Shown: piece by piece, positions 1-13,300 of the stretch
Layout of the letters: the number at the start of each line of letters is the position of its first letter
How positions within the stretch are numbered: the stretch's first letter is position 1
Source: Lama guanicoe
Lineage: Eukaryota
DNA length: 64,000 nt
Reading direction: 5' to 3'
Assembly: GCA_013239625.1 (NCBI GenBank)
Contig: MU054001.1
Span: 6,559,078 to 6,623,077 of the forward strand
Program-made: the position numbers and the translations under genes
Notes under the pieces: model-generated
The model's input: only the letters and a program-made list of their open reading frames with translations
What the model was told of the DNA's origin: nothing
Database searches by the model: none

Positions 1-99
1 TACAAATAAATTCTCATGGCCCCAATCATTTTAGCCTAGAAAAGTTAAATTACGTTTGACTCCACCACCAAGCAGGTACATTCCTCTTTCATGTGATTT

Positions 100-990
100 T
101 CAGGCTTCTTTTCTTTTCCATTATCACAGCCCCTTCCCTAGTTCAAGTCCCTTTCTCTTTATCCTAAATTATTATTTTTAACATTTTCTTCATTGATTTC
201 GTTATTTGATATCCTCTCCCTTTCAGTTCTGCCTGTATCTTCTGGATCTTGCTGCATCAATTATCCCCTCTCCTTTGCCTTCAGAATCTTCTCATTCCAT
301 CCTCTCTTCCCCCAGTCTTTATTTAAATATGTGCAAGTCTCCCCAGACTTAAAAAAAAATTGGCGACTCTGCTTTATTATCTAAATTCACCCTTAACCTG
401 CCACAGTCTGGCTTCAGGCCACTCCCCTCTACTAAACCTCTCATTCAGTCCCGGTGACTTCTAATTGACAAATCCAGTGAATACCTCACAGTCTTTATGT
501 CACCAGGCTTTTGTCAACTTTTTGCTGTTGGTAACCTACTCCTAAAACTCTTCTGTTTCTCTCTATGTCCTCTCTCACTGGTTCCTGTACCATCTCTTCT
601 GAGAACCCCTCTTCACCTTGGCCACCTTTAATATTGGTGTTTCTGAGGGTTCCATTCTCAGCCCTTTGTTCACACTCTGCATGTTCTTCGTCTGCTTTGG
701 CTATTTTAATTACCACTAATAAGCTTAAGACTTTTATATCCCTGTATCTGGGCCTCACACTTGATGTGTAACTGCCTGATGGCACCCCAAACCTGAAACA
801 ATCTTCTTTCCCCTAAATCTGTTCCTAATTCTGTTTATCTCAGGTGGTGGTACCATCATACACCCAATCATTCAAACCAGAAATGTAGAAGTTGTTACTC
901 ATTTCATCATTTCATCTCTCCCTTTCCCTTTATCGAACTCATCACTGCATCCTACAGTGTTAACAGCTAAACAGAACTAGTATAATTCCC
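100..990 (+). mobile_element. L2 LINE relic
   Basis: Pyrimidine-rich decayed L2 segments such as cagtctggcttcaggccactcc and ggtggtaccatcatacacccaatcattcaaaccagaaa. Confidence 0.6.
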
Positions 991-2189
991 TAACCAATCT
1001 TTGTTGCTTCTGTGTGTTATACTTCATAAGTTGTGGTGTGTCCGTGAGTGTCTTACTCTTTATGTCTCAATATTCTGTTTACCCAACTAACAAAATGACC
1101 ATTGTATTTCATTTTACATAATTAAAAAACACAAATATTATAGTACCTAGAAAAAAATGTAGTGAGTGGCCATTAAATTAGCCAATATAAGGAATACCTT
1201 TGAATAAAGATAAATTAAAACATGACAGAATCTTTTCTAACCACTTATTTGACAGGAACTTTTAGCATTCAATCATACATCCTATTAAATTTGCCTTTAA
1301 AATGGCCTTGCTCTACAAAAGATGCTTACTTCCTCTTTTCATTCAAGAAACATTCACTGTCTGCCCACTGACTCATATCCTAGATGCTATCTGGGGAATA
1401 AATGTGTTCTTTTGCCCAGAGCTCAAGTGAACTTCATTCTGAATATTAGGTTTATCATCTCTTTGGAACATTTCTAATTGTCACTAGTCTCTATTACAGA
1501 AATACTTAAATAATTTTAGTAATTTCACAGTGGAAGTTTTTTTTTTTTTTTTGCATTAGCTTAGCTGAGGATTCTGTGTTTACCAATAGCTGGCAGCTAT
1601 TTCAGAGCAGCAACTCAAATTTTTTTTCTTTCATTTTTAGAGGATTCCTAATAGACTTATTTGTATTTCTTCTTCATTTGTTTTTCTTCTGTGTGTAGAA
1701 CTGCCTTCGTAAGGTTTACACAGAATTATAGACATATCCCAAATTAGAGCTCTTTTCCTTCCATGTGAGCCTAGACTGATAATGAGATTGGAAAATTAAG
1801 AGAAAGAGAGTTAAGAACAATCTAGAAGAGCACTGGATATAGAAATGACTCAGGGGGACACACAAGCTCAAAGAGCAGCCAGGGAGAAAATCAGACTTAA
1901 AGTTAAATGATCCATCAGCTACCTTTCTTAATGAGAAATAAGACAGATGCACACAGCATATTAACAGCTTAGAATAACTCAGACTTTGTCAAGTGATTGT
2001 TTATCGAGAAACAACACCAATTTTATAGCCTTGAAGAGAAATTAAACCAGCCTCGAAAGACTGCACACTAGGTGTATAAATATTGGCCTGTTCAGAGAAG
2101 AGGCATTTGATAGGTTCATTTACATGTTATGTCATTTAAAACACTTCCCATGTGTATTTTTTGTGGGTTAAAATTTTCAGCAATTACTT

Positions 2190-2621
2190 CTGTTTTTTTA
2201 ATTAACAGCTTTATTGAGGTATAATTTACATACCATACAGGTCACCCATTTACCGTATACAATTCGGTGGCTTTTGTATATTTTTAGTAGTATTTAGTAT
2301 ATGCATCTGTCACCACCGTCAATTTTAGAACATTTTCATTGCCCCAAAAAGAAGCCCCACCTTCTGTACCCTCCATCCTCCAATGTTACCAGCCCAAGGA
2401 AACCACTCATTTTCTCTCTGTTTTGCCTGTTCCTTACATTTCATATAAATGCAATCATACAATACATGGTACTCTGTGACTGGCTTGACTTAGCATAATG
2501 TTTTCAAGGCTCATCCATATGGTGGCATGTATCAGTACTTCATTTCCTTCTGTTGAATAATATTTTATTATATGGATAGACCATATATGTTTCATTCATC
2601 AGTTTTATATATATATGTGTG

Positions 2622-2652
<31 letters not shown>

Positions 2653-2814
2653 AAATTGTTTCTTTTTTGGCTATTATGAATAATAGTGCTATGAATATTC
2701 ATATACAAGTTTTTGTGTGGACATGTTTTCATTTCTCTCAAAATATGTCTAGGAGTGGGATATGCTTAGGAATGGAACTCAATGTTGAACCATTTGAGAA
2801 ACTACCAGACTATT
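2190..2814 (-). mobile_element. Ancient L1 (L1MB-like) 3' end with an internal (TA)n(TG)n microsatellite at about 2605-2652
   Basis: cagctttattgaggtataatttacatac...ttttagaacattttcattgcccc...tacaagtttttgtgtggacat. Confidence 0.8.
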
Positions 2815-5498
2815 TATTTTTTAAATTGAAGTATAGTCAGTAACAGTGTGTCAGTTTCTGGTGTATAGCATATGTCCCAGTCTTGCAGATATATACATGT
2901 ATTTATTTTCATATTCCTTTTCATTAAAGATTATTACAAGATATTGAATATAATTCTCTGTGCTATACAGAAGAAATTTGTTTTTAATCTATTTTTATAT
3001 ATAGTGGTTACCATTTGCAAATCTCAAACTCCCAAATTTATCCGTTCCTACCCCTTTCCCCCAGTAACCATATTGTTTACTATGTCTGCAAGTCTGTTTC
3101 TGTTTTGTAAATAAGTTCATTAGTGTCCTCTGTTTTTCTTTTTTTTAGATTCCACATATGAGTGATATCATATGGTATTTTTCTTTCTCTTTCTGGATTA
3201 CTTCAATTAGAATGACAATCTCTGGGTTCATTCATGTTGCTGCAAATGGCATTATTTTATCCTTTTTTTATCAATGAGTAGTATTCCATTGTACAAATAT
3301 ACCATAATTTCTTTATCCAGTCATCTGTCAATGGGTATTTAGGTAGCTTCCATGTCTTCGCTATGGTATATAGTGCTGCTATGAACATTGGGGTGCATGT
3401 ATCTTTTCGAATTACAGTTCTCTCTGGATGTGTGCCCAGGAGCAGGATTGCTAGATCATATGTTAAATCTATTTTTAGCTTTTTGAGGAATCTCCATACT
3501 GTTTTCCATAATGTCTACTCCAAACTACATTCCCACCAGCAGTGTAGGAGGCTTCCCTTTTCTTCACACCCTCTCCAGCATTTACCATTTACGGACTTTG
3601 GAATGATGGCCATTCTGAATAGTGTGAGATAATATTTAATTGTAGTTTTGATTTGCATTTCCCTGATAATTAGCAATATTGAGCATTTTTTCATGTGCCT
3701 ATTGGCCATTTGTATGTCTTCATTGGAGAATTGCTTGTTTAGGTCTTCTGCCCATTTTTGGATTGGGCTGTTTGGTTTTTTGTTATTAAGTTGTATGAGC
3801 CATTTTTATATTCTGGAAATTAAACATTTTCATGTGCCTATTGGCCATTTGTATGTCTTCATTGGAGAATTGCTTGTTTAGGTCTTCTGCCCATTTTTGG
3901 ATTGGGCTGTTTGGTTTTTTGTTATTAAGTTGTATGAGCCATTTTTATATTCTGGAAATTAAACCTTTGTCAGTCTCATCATTTGCAAATATTTTCTCCC
4001 ATTCCATAGGTTGTCATTTTGCTTATGGTTTCCTTTGCTGTGCAAAAACATTTAAGTTTATTGGGTCCCATTTGTTTATTTTTGCTTTTATTTCTATTGC
4101 CTGAGTAGGCTCCCTAGGAGAACATTGCTAAGATTTATGTCAGAGAATGTTTTGCCTATGTTTTTTTCTAGGAGGTTTATAGTATCTTGCCTTATATTTA
4201 ATTCTTTGATCCATTTTGAGTTTATTTTTGTGTATGGAGTGAGTGTTCTAACTTCATTGATTTAAATGTGGCTGTTCAGTTTTCCCAACACCACTTGCTG
4301 AAGAGACTCTCTTTTCTCCATTGTATATTTTTGCCTCCTTTGTTGAAGATTAATTGACTATAGGTCTGTGGGTTTATTTCTGGGCTCTCTGTTCTGTTCC
4401 ATTGATTCATATGTCTGTTTTTGTGCCAGTACCATGCTGTTTTGATTACTGTAGCTCTGCAGTATTGTCTGAATTCTGGGAGTGCTATTCCTCCAGTTTC
4501 ATTCTTTTTCTTCAGTAATGCATTGGCAATTCTCAGTCTTTTGTGATCCCATATATATTTTAGGATTATTTGTCTATTTCTGTGAAAAATGTCCTGAATA
4601 ATTTGATAGGAATGCATTAAATCTGTTGATTGCTTTGGGAAGTATGGCCATTTTAACAATATTAATTCTTCCAATCCAAGAGCATGGAATATCTTTCCAT
4701 TTCTTTCGATCATCTCTATTTTCCTTAATCAGTGTTTTGTAGTTATCTTTGTATAAGTCTTTCACCTCCTTGGTCAGGTTTATTCCTAAATGTATTTTTT
4801 TAATGCAATTTTAAAAGGGATTTTTTTTTTACTTTCCTTTTCTGATATTTCATTGTTAGTGTAAAGAAATGCAACTGATTTCTGTATGTTAATCTTGTAT
4901 CCTGCTACCTTTCTGAATTCTTTTGTCAGCTCTATAGTTTTGGTGTGGAGCCTTCAAGATTTTCTATATAGAGTATCATGTTATCCACATATAGTGACAA
5001 TTTTACCTCTTCTTTTCTAATTTTCATCCCTTTTATTTATTTTTTTGTCTGATTGCTATGGCTGGGACTTCCAATACTATGTTGAATAGAAGTGGTGAGA
5101 GTGGGCATCTTTGTCTTGTTCCAGATTTTAGCAGGAGGGTTTTCAACTTTTCACTGTTGAGTATTATGCTGACTGTACATTTGTCATAAATAGCTTTTAT
5201 TGTGTTTAGATATGTTCCCTGTATACCAACTTTGTTAAGAGTTTTTATCATAAATCAGTGTTGAATTTTGTCATATGCTTTTTTTGCATCTTTGAGATGA
5301 TCATGTGATTTTTGTCCTTTCTTTTGTTGATGTGGTATATCACGTTGACTAATTTCCATATGTTGAACCATCCTTGTGTCCCTGGGTTGAATACAAGTTG
5401 ATTATAGTATATGATCTTTTTTATGTGTTGTTGGATTCTGTTTGCTAACATTTTGTTAAGAACTTTTGCATCTATGTTCATCAACAATATTGGCCTGT
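2815..5498 (-). mobile_element. 5'-truncated decayed L1 (RT region to 3' end), related to the intact L1
   Basis: Minus-strand ORF fragments [57 protein letters not shown] and [19 protein letters not shown] with frameshifts and stops; 3'UTR and poly-T near 2815. Confidence 0.95.
3688..3964. repeat. Perfect tandem duplication, 2 x 138 bp (period 139)
   Basis: 3688-3825 is identical to 3827-3964; the ORF track shows the repeated peptide [28 protein letters not shown]. Confidence 0.95.
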
Positions 5499-5688
5499 GG
5501 AATTTTATTTTTATAGATAATATGTTACGCTCTACCTGTAGGGCTCAGCTTAAAAATACTGGAATTTTACAGACCCCATGTTCCAGAATACAAGACCAAG
5601 CTGGTTAGTGAACTTTCAAACAAGAACCATAGTACATGGCATTTAAAATCTTTACAAACTCATATAAAAAAATTAAAATGAAATTTTA

Positions 5689-5774
5689 TTTTTTTAACAG
5701 AGATACTGGGGATTGAACCCAGGACCTCATGTGTGCTAAGCCTGTGCTCTACCACCAAGCTATAACCATCCCCC
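5689..5774 (-). mobile_element. tRNA-derived camelid-type SINE (Vic-1-like), short form
   Basis: Reverse complement contains tatagcttggtggtagagc (A box) and cctgggttcaatcccc (B box); TSD taaaatga(a/c)atttta at 5674-5688 and 5775-5789. Confidence 0.88.
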
Positions 5775-6684
5775 TAAAATGACATTTTAAATTGTGCAAT
5801 GGCAATTTGTGTTTTTGTTGTGGGTTATGTTGTCTATTTGAAATTATAGCAAGGATTATAATAATGAAATCCATGCATCCCCATTTGAAAAGGGAAACCA
5901 GTGGCAAACGCTCACTCAAAAGGTTGCCAGTATGATTCATTGATTGTAGAAGATTGTAAAATGGCTGCCTTTATCACTTGTTCTCATGTTTTAATATAAT
6001 CTAGTGACAAAATAGACTGTTCTTTATTTCTGTGAAATATCTAGTAAAATTATTTAGCTAAAAGATGGGATAGGTAAATTACCTGGAAAAAGCATTACAA
6101 ATTAGAATTTAAAATCAGTTATTAGAAGACAAAGAAGAAATTACTATTCCTTCTAGTAGAAGAATACTAATATATGTTGAGTCTTGAGCAAAGTCATCTC
6201 AAAGTTTACCATGTAAATATTGTAATCTGGGAGTTTAAACTATTTGTGCTGGAATTTTTTTGTCCAGAAAAATAATTTGAAGTCAATCATGTAATTTAGT
6301 ATATCAAGCAAATTGAATATTTTGCACTTTTTTTCTTACTCTGTTGAACACTAAGAAATTTACCTTTCTTATAATAGAACCTTTTTTTTTCTTTTCCAAA
6401 TTGCCTAGACCCAAAGTAATAGGGAAAAAAGAAGTCTATCTTTATGGTTTTATTTGAAATAATTATTAGAGAAAATTGAGCAGGAATAAAGTTTAAGCCT
6501 TTTAGCCTATTATTTTCTATTTAGCATAGAGGGACATGAAGGAATGTATATATTAGAAAAATGTCTGTAAATAGGAGACGTTGCTTAAAATCACACTGTT
6601 TACAAAAGTTACTTCTGTATCTAAAGAAAATATTTTATATGGCATAGTCTTGACTACCTAAGTAAGAGTGATGATAATATAAAC

Positions 6685-6915
6685 AATTTACTGAGATCTG
6701 ATTGGATGACTGGAATTGTTCTAAGTACTTTTCATTCAGTACTTCATTTTTACAACAATCCTATAAGTACTCTTATTACTCAGTTTACAAATAAAGATCT
6801 GTGTCATCAAGAGGTTAATTAACCTGTTTAAGGTCACATAACTGCTAAATGACAGAGCCAGGATTTGAATCCAGGTAATCTGGTTCCAAAATCTAAACTC
6901 ATAACCACTTTGCCT
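6685..6915 (-). mobile_element. MIR SINE
   Basis: gaggttaattaacctgtttaaggtcacataactgctaaatgacagagccaggatttgaatccagg. Confidence 0.8.
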
Positions 6916-7464
6916 CTAGAGTAGGGTTCAAGAGGGAGGACTTCATAGCCAGGCAAAGTGCAGTACTTCTTTTATCTGAGAGGTGCTCAGCAATGTCTGC
7001 CCTACTGCCTGTCTGGGAAGCTGAAGTTCTGTCATCATAGGTTCACACTTCGGGTTTACAAGACTTGGGGATGTCAGGGATCTCTGGTTAAAATGCAGGT
7101 ATTCACCTGAGAAGTTACACACATCTGAAGGGATGATGACAGCGCCCAGGAACTCAGTAATGAAACACAGCATCAGTGGCTGTGGAGCAGTAAGGGTGGA
7201 AGGAGGAATGGCCTTGGAAACCACAAAAGAGGAGAGAGCAACCAGCAGCCAACTAGCCTCTGAGGATTTTTGCCAAAGGCTGGCAAAGAATAGCCGACAA
7301 TTTAAGTTTTTATGACACGGTACAATAATTAGTAAGGTTTGGGGATTTTTTTCATATTATTTGAGTATGTACCATTTACCACTTCTTTGATTCTAGGAAA
7401 TACACCACAGCTGATGCCACACAGCACTGGTACGTTAACTAAATGCCTTTCCTTTGTCTCACAG

Positions 7465-7615
7465 CAATCAGCAGGCCTTTTTACTGGAGAATGTCCCTTG
7501 TAATAATGCAAGCTGTGAGGGGGCGCGTCGTATGTTTAAAGTCTACTGGGAGCTGACGGACCTAAATCAAATCAGAGATGCCGTTGTCGCCACCTTCTTT
7601 GACATTTACGAAGAT
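7465..7615 (+). CDS. ITFG1: ITFG1 internal coding exon (151 nt), (S)NQQAFLLENVPCNNASCEGARRMFKVYWELTDLNQIRDAVVATFFDIYED
   Basis: Acceptor cctttgtctcacAG at 7463-7464 and donor GTgagt at 7616; phase 2 to phase 0. The peptide is recognised as ITFG1 and joins the next exon in frame. Confidence 0.96.
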
Positions 7616-9075
7616 GTGAGTTCAGAGCTCTTCTGTGTGTTTGGAGTCTAATTGCCATCCACCTCGTCTCACTTTCACTTCACCCTATTTGACCAGAAAA
7701 TGTAGATGAGATAATGAAAGCAAATGAGTTAATTAAAGAAAGCCCTTTTTAATGGTAAATGGCAGAGGGAACAAATGTCTTGACACCACTGGCTGATTAG
7801 TACAGTGAAATATGAAAATGCCTTTATCTCATAAATTTTATGCTCATTTAGTTAAACCACTAGAGAATCATGCTCATGGCAGTTGTGCAAGTGCACCAGT
7901 AGAGGAAAGCACAGCCAACAGATAACAGACCCCTGAGCCTGCACAAGTACACAGAAGAGTGAGTGCAGTAGTCTCTTTTCACCATGTGCACTAAACATGG
8001 CGTCTATTGCCACAGATTCTTGGGACTGTCTTCAGTCGCCAGCTGACCTGGGAAAGGCACTCAGGGCCCTGGATTTCTTCCTTCTAATGTCAAAAGCCAG
8101 TTTGTCACTCAGAGAAATAACAAAATTGTGATAAAAATGTTGAATTCCAGAGTTAATATATCACAGTATATCCTTATGAAATAGCTTGACTATTTAAAAA
8201 AGTTAAATCTCCATCAGGACATTTATGTCCAACCCTAACCCTAGTTGGTTTTGTTTTTTAAGAGGCTGATTCTCAATTATATGAATTATCCAGGCCCTTG
8301 TTTATCTCTGTCTTTCTTCTACCAAATCTCTTGTTATTTCACTTTTTATTAGCAATTTCTAAGCATAAAAGTAATTGGTAAAAAAAATCACAAGAGAGAA
8401 AATCAACAGAATTGATTACAAATCAATTTTTAATTTCTATACATAAAAGAGCATCATAAATGAAATTTAAAATTGTGTTTAAATCTGGGAAATAAATGTG
8501 CTATGAAAGAATTAAATAATATTCTTAACATAAAAGGGGTTTATACAAACTGATACAAGTGGAAAAACAGAACATAATTAAGTCAATTTACAGGAAAAAC
8601 ATGTAGCTAACATATGGAAAGACATAAATGATCAAGCTCATTAAGAGAAAGTCAGCAGAATGGAAATTTAAATGAGTACACCTTTTATAACCCTAATAAA
8701 ATTAGCAAAGCTTCCCACTATTTTAGGAAAAAAAAAATAATGGGAGCCAGAGTAGATTAAAAGATACCCTCTTTCTCTGATGATTAGAAACAATTTGGCA
8801 GTCCATGTCACAGGCCTTTAAAAATTCATGCAGATATGACTAGAAGGAGATAGAACAAAATACTAACAATTATCTGCAGAAAGGAAAATTATAGATGTTT
8901 TTCATTTTATTTATATTTTACTATTCAAGGTTTTATATTTTAATAGTATTTTTTTAAACATCAGGTTGAATAAGTAAGGTTTATATTTACATAATAAGCA
9001 TGTTGTGCGTTTTCATCATTTTTTTCAGTCAGTCCAGTAGTTTGTTCTTACCTGTTTTGTTTATGTTTTTTCCAG

Positions 9076-9184
9076 GGAATCCTGGACATTGTCGTACTAA
9101 GTAAAGGATATACAAAGAATGATTTTGCCATCCATACACTAAAAAATAACTTTGAAGCAGATGCTTATTTTGTTAAAGTCATTG
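9076..9184 (+). CDS. ITFG1: ITFG1 internal coding exon (109 nt), GILDIVVLSKGYTKNDFAIHTLKNNFEADAYFVKVI(V)
   Basis: Acceptor tttttttccAG and donor GTgagt at 9185; phase 0 to phase 1. Completes the FG-GAP-like motif DIYED|GILDIVV across the junction. Confidence 0.96.
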
Positions 9185-9289
9185 GTGAGTATTTGTTTTA
9201 TATATTTTATTATTCAGTATTAACATTTAATTTTGTATTCTCTCTGTCAACACACATTTTCCAAAGAGTTAGGACATGCTCCTACGTAA

Positions 9290-10205
9290 CGTGTGTACAG
9301 CTCTCCAAAGCAGAGAAGATCAACTTCAGTACAACACTACCACCCTGTTCAGATTTTGCCAACTGTCCCAACAATGACTTTTTTCTTTGTGGTCCTGGAT
9401 TCTGACCAGGAATACCTGTTGCATTTAATTGTTATATCTTTGCAGAATTCTTCAACCTGGAATAGTTCCTTTTCGTGTCCTCATCAGTTTTAAAGAATAC
9501 AGGCCTTACATTCTATAGGATAATGCTGTTTCCTCATTACCCAGCTGAGCACACACATTCTTTGCAGAAACTCCACTGCATGCAATTTAGTAGAACCCAT
9601 GCTATGTATGCCCTTCGCAGTACATCACATCAGCAAGCACATAATGTTGACCTGTCCCACCACCATGATGTTAAGTTGATCATCTGGTCATCTTGATGAT
9701 TACCAGACTTGTCCACCTTAAATTCACTATTTCTCCCCTTTGTAATTGATCAGTGTTTTGTAGAGTGGTATTGTGCTATTACTTTAGTATACTTTTCTGT
9801 GTCCAGTTTCTACCTACCAGCCTTAGAGTCCATTGACAACTCCTGCCTGAATCACCCTTCTATACGACAGGCACCGAAAGTGATTTTCTGATTCCAACCC
9901 TCTTGCATTTATTAGTTGGCATTCTTCTTTAAGGAAGCTCTTTCACTTATCTCTTACATATTTATGTATTCATTTATCAGTATATATCTGTGTGTTCGTA
10001 TTTTATTCAATAAATAAAATAATTTGTTTTAATGTTAAAATTGTTCCTAGTTGGGGCAATAGGGACTCCTTCAGCCTGGCTCCTTTATCTTTTTCACCTG
10101 TGCTCTGACAAAACAGGATATTCCAGATTCATCTTTTATCTCCGTTGCCCTAAGTGTAGAATCTGGTCTCTTTCTTCAAGGAGCCCAAGTTCCTTTTAGT
10201 AGAAG
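9290..10205 (-). mobile_element. Ancient L1 (L1MC/ME-like) 3'UTR relic
   Basis: attttgccaactgtcccaacaatg, ttgcatttattagttggcattcttct and aaggagcccaagttccttttagt. Confidence 0.6.
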
Positions 10206-10209
10206 ATGC

Positions 10210-10381
10210 TTTTGGTTTTGGGGGAGGGAGGAAATTAGGTGTACGTATATATGTACGTATGTATGTATGTATGTGTGTATGTATGTATATATGTAGGTAT
10301 GTAAATGGAGGTAGTGGGGATTGAACCCAGGACCTCGTGCATGCTAAGCATGCACTCTACTACTTGAGTTATACCCTCCCC
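10210..10381 (-). mobile_element. tRNA-derived camelid-type SINE, long form with a (TATG)n microsatellite
   Basis: Reverse complement ggggagggtataactcaagtagtagagtgcatgcttagcatgcacgaggtcctgggttcaatcccc, then (TACA)n and a cctaatttcctccctcccc tail. Confidence 0.88.
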
Positions 10382-13300
10382 TTAAGTATCTGTTGAATTA
10401 AAAAAAAAATTAGTCCTAATAAAATTACTGCCATTTTTATTCTTAAAAGCAGACCATAATTATTTTATATAGTAACAGAGTACCTATAAACACATTATAT
10501 TCCTGCTCAGGAAAAAGTAAGCTTCTATAAAGAGTTAAATAATGATAAACAAACTACTTGAAATGTTACGTCTGAGGCCTTTTGCTTTAATCCAGGGAAG
10601 TGGGAAATGGAATACAGATGAAAAAAGTTGGGCCACATGTTGAAGTTGTATGACATATGAGTGGGGTTCTTGCCACTATTCTTTCTAATTTTGTTTATGT
10701 TTGAAAAATCCCATGTAAAAAGTTTAAAAATGCAAGATTCTCTGTGAGAGTCTGTGGCCTGTAACTTCCTAGCCTAAGCCAAGGATGAGCACCACCGGAT
10801 AGCACCGCCATCACAGTAACAGTATCCTGGGGAAAGTTTTCTCAACACATCTCCAAGCTCAGACCCCGAGACAGCCAATTTGGTGCAGGTTTTAGTTTTA
10901 GAAAACAAGATAACTTTGCATTTAAAGGTATTAACATAAATATGAATTAACACTTTACAGAAAGGTCATGAAAGATAAGATACCAATTTAGAGCAATCAT
11001 TTGTAAAAAGTAACCTTCCAGTTGACTTGATATGCTCTTCCGCACTTCCCTTTGGTTATTGTTTTCCTTACGTCAGACAATTATTAGTATAAAATTACCC
11101 TTTCAAAGCCATCTACAATGCCCAGAGTTGATTTTGCTCTAAAATAATTGTTACTCTAATGCTCAAACCAGCCTATATTAAATGCCACTATTTTTCATTC
11201 AGTTAAGGAAATTTGGGTACTTAAACTTCTGTGTGTGGCTAGGGAAAGGTAAAACTGTCCTTCTGCCTGTTCCCACACTGGTCCTCACTACACCACAGAC
11301 CCACAGGATGCTCTTCAGACAGGGGACCTGTGTGTTGCAGAACTAGGGGTTCCCTAGCTCCCCTGAATCAAAACTAGTTACTAGCTCTATTTTTCTCTCT
11401 TGCTCCTGCTACATTTAGAGATTCTGCATTTTGATTCTACTAATACTTAACTCAAATTTCTAACAAACATGTATGAACCTATATTTCCTTGGAATTTTTA
11501 AATTGTAATAGTATCTTCGCCTTTCACTTTCCAAATAAGATGAGACCTTTAAAAAAGCTTTTATTCCCCTGCCTTCTTCCAGATTTTGTTGAAATAATAT
11601 GGAAGTTTATTTCTGGATGTTTAATTTGGTTTTACCTTTTTTGTCTTCTATTTAGCCAAATCTTTTAACAGTTATCAATGATTATTTAAACTTAAGTTTT
11701 ACTAGCTTTATTGCCACTATTTTATTTATATACCACATCTTTCCCTTTCTACATTTTAATTCCTATTTCTTTTGATGGAGTGCTTCCTCAAATGATTTTC
11801 AGAAAGTTGTAAATAGGTTAATATATTTTCTGAATGTTGGTATGTATTAAAGCAGCTTTTATTTGTATTTAAAAAATAATGAATGAAAGATAGATAATCA
11901 ATAACAGACAAAAAAAGATTTCCTATGGTGTCTAAAATAATGTCTAAATGACAGTGTCTCAGATGGGGGTTTCTATTTCACATGTGATTTATGATTATGA
12001 TATTTGTTTTATATTCATGTGTCTTAAAGAAACAAAAAAATAGATATTTTCAGAGAATGTATGTGAACAGTCACTCATAATCCAGGCAAAGATCTCTCAT
12101 TTTAAATGCTGCTAAAACCATTGTACAGTATTGACCTTTATAGCTTTGACTTTATTCTACTCATCCTCCTCCCAACCTGCACACTGGATACTATAGTATT
12201 TATGCACAGTTGTTGCAATGTTTTGGTTTTGGCATCTGTGTAAAGTAGCTAATGTAAACTGAACCATCAAACTAGAAGCCAAGGTTTTGTACTTTAAATA
12301 TCTTTAAGAATATGTGGGCTATAACGTATAGTGTGGTTTAGCATGAAATGTTCAGATCCTAAGCATTGTCATTTTAAGGAAAACTTATAAATTGCACATC
12401 CCATTAGTCATGTTTTAAACTAATTTAAGCTAATAACCAATAATTCACATATCTCATTAAGTATTTTAATTACAGTTTCTCTTTTAACTCTGAATAGGCT
12501 GTCTTCTTACATTTCATTAATCTTTTTTAAACAACTTTGGTTTTAAAGTCTTGAGATATTAGAAATCACTTTTTAGAACAGTTTATTTAAAAAGCCATTA
12601 TAAGATGCTATAATAAATCTATATATACTTTTCTAATATGATTACAAATACTAATAAGTTATAAAAGTATATGAAATGGTTAAAAATCCTTAAACTTCTA
12701 AAAATTAGACTGTGGATCAGCCAAGATCAATTAGTAGGAAAACATTTATTGACACTTGAAAGTGAGAAACAGAGAGACACTTAAAAATCAAACAAATAAA
12801 AACCAAGTTCATGGTGATGAAAAACGCAAATAGTAGAAGGATGAAATTATGTAGCAGTATCTGTCCTGTTAAATTTCCCTTTTCCATAATGGACCCTTTA
12901 TGTATTTTATCACACCTTCCCAGTTGTTGTTAGAGTTGCTGAAGAAAAATGTTTTACTTCATTTATAGCCATATGCTTCTATACAAAATATTAAACTGTC
13001 CCACTTGTAGGAAGTGAGCTTATGCTGTAATAATAACTTCTGCCTTGGATCATTTAGAATTGAGTGATTTTTTTCTGACTGAAGCACAAAGGATGACATT
13101 TTTTTATTCTGATATCACTTGGGAAATTATACTCATGCACTGATTTAATTGACCACTGGTACTTTTCACTTGTTCATAAGCTTAACATTATGGAGTCTTA
13201 AAATTGTAATTTCCAGGTGACATTTGTAAAAGTGCCTTTCTTTTTTGATTATGCAAGAGATTTTTAAAGCATTATTCCTTTTTTATTTGTAAATTTTTGG

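Noticed and set aside
7397..7429. Apparent in-frame 33-nt micro-exon (ttctAG|gaaatac...cactg|GTacgt) just before the 151-nt exon
   Set aside because: The downstream intron would be only 35 nt, too short to splice, and mutually exclusive use would break the frame.
7454..7651. 65-aa ORF in the track
   Set aside because: It is the ITFG1 exon plus intronic flanks, not an independent gene.
10310..10381. tRNA-like sequences (also at 5700-5774 and 54293-54365)
   Set aside because: They are SINE heads: they carry tails, one has clear TSDs, and no intact acceptor stem is evident.
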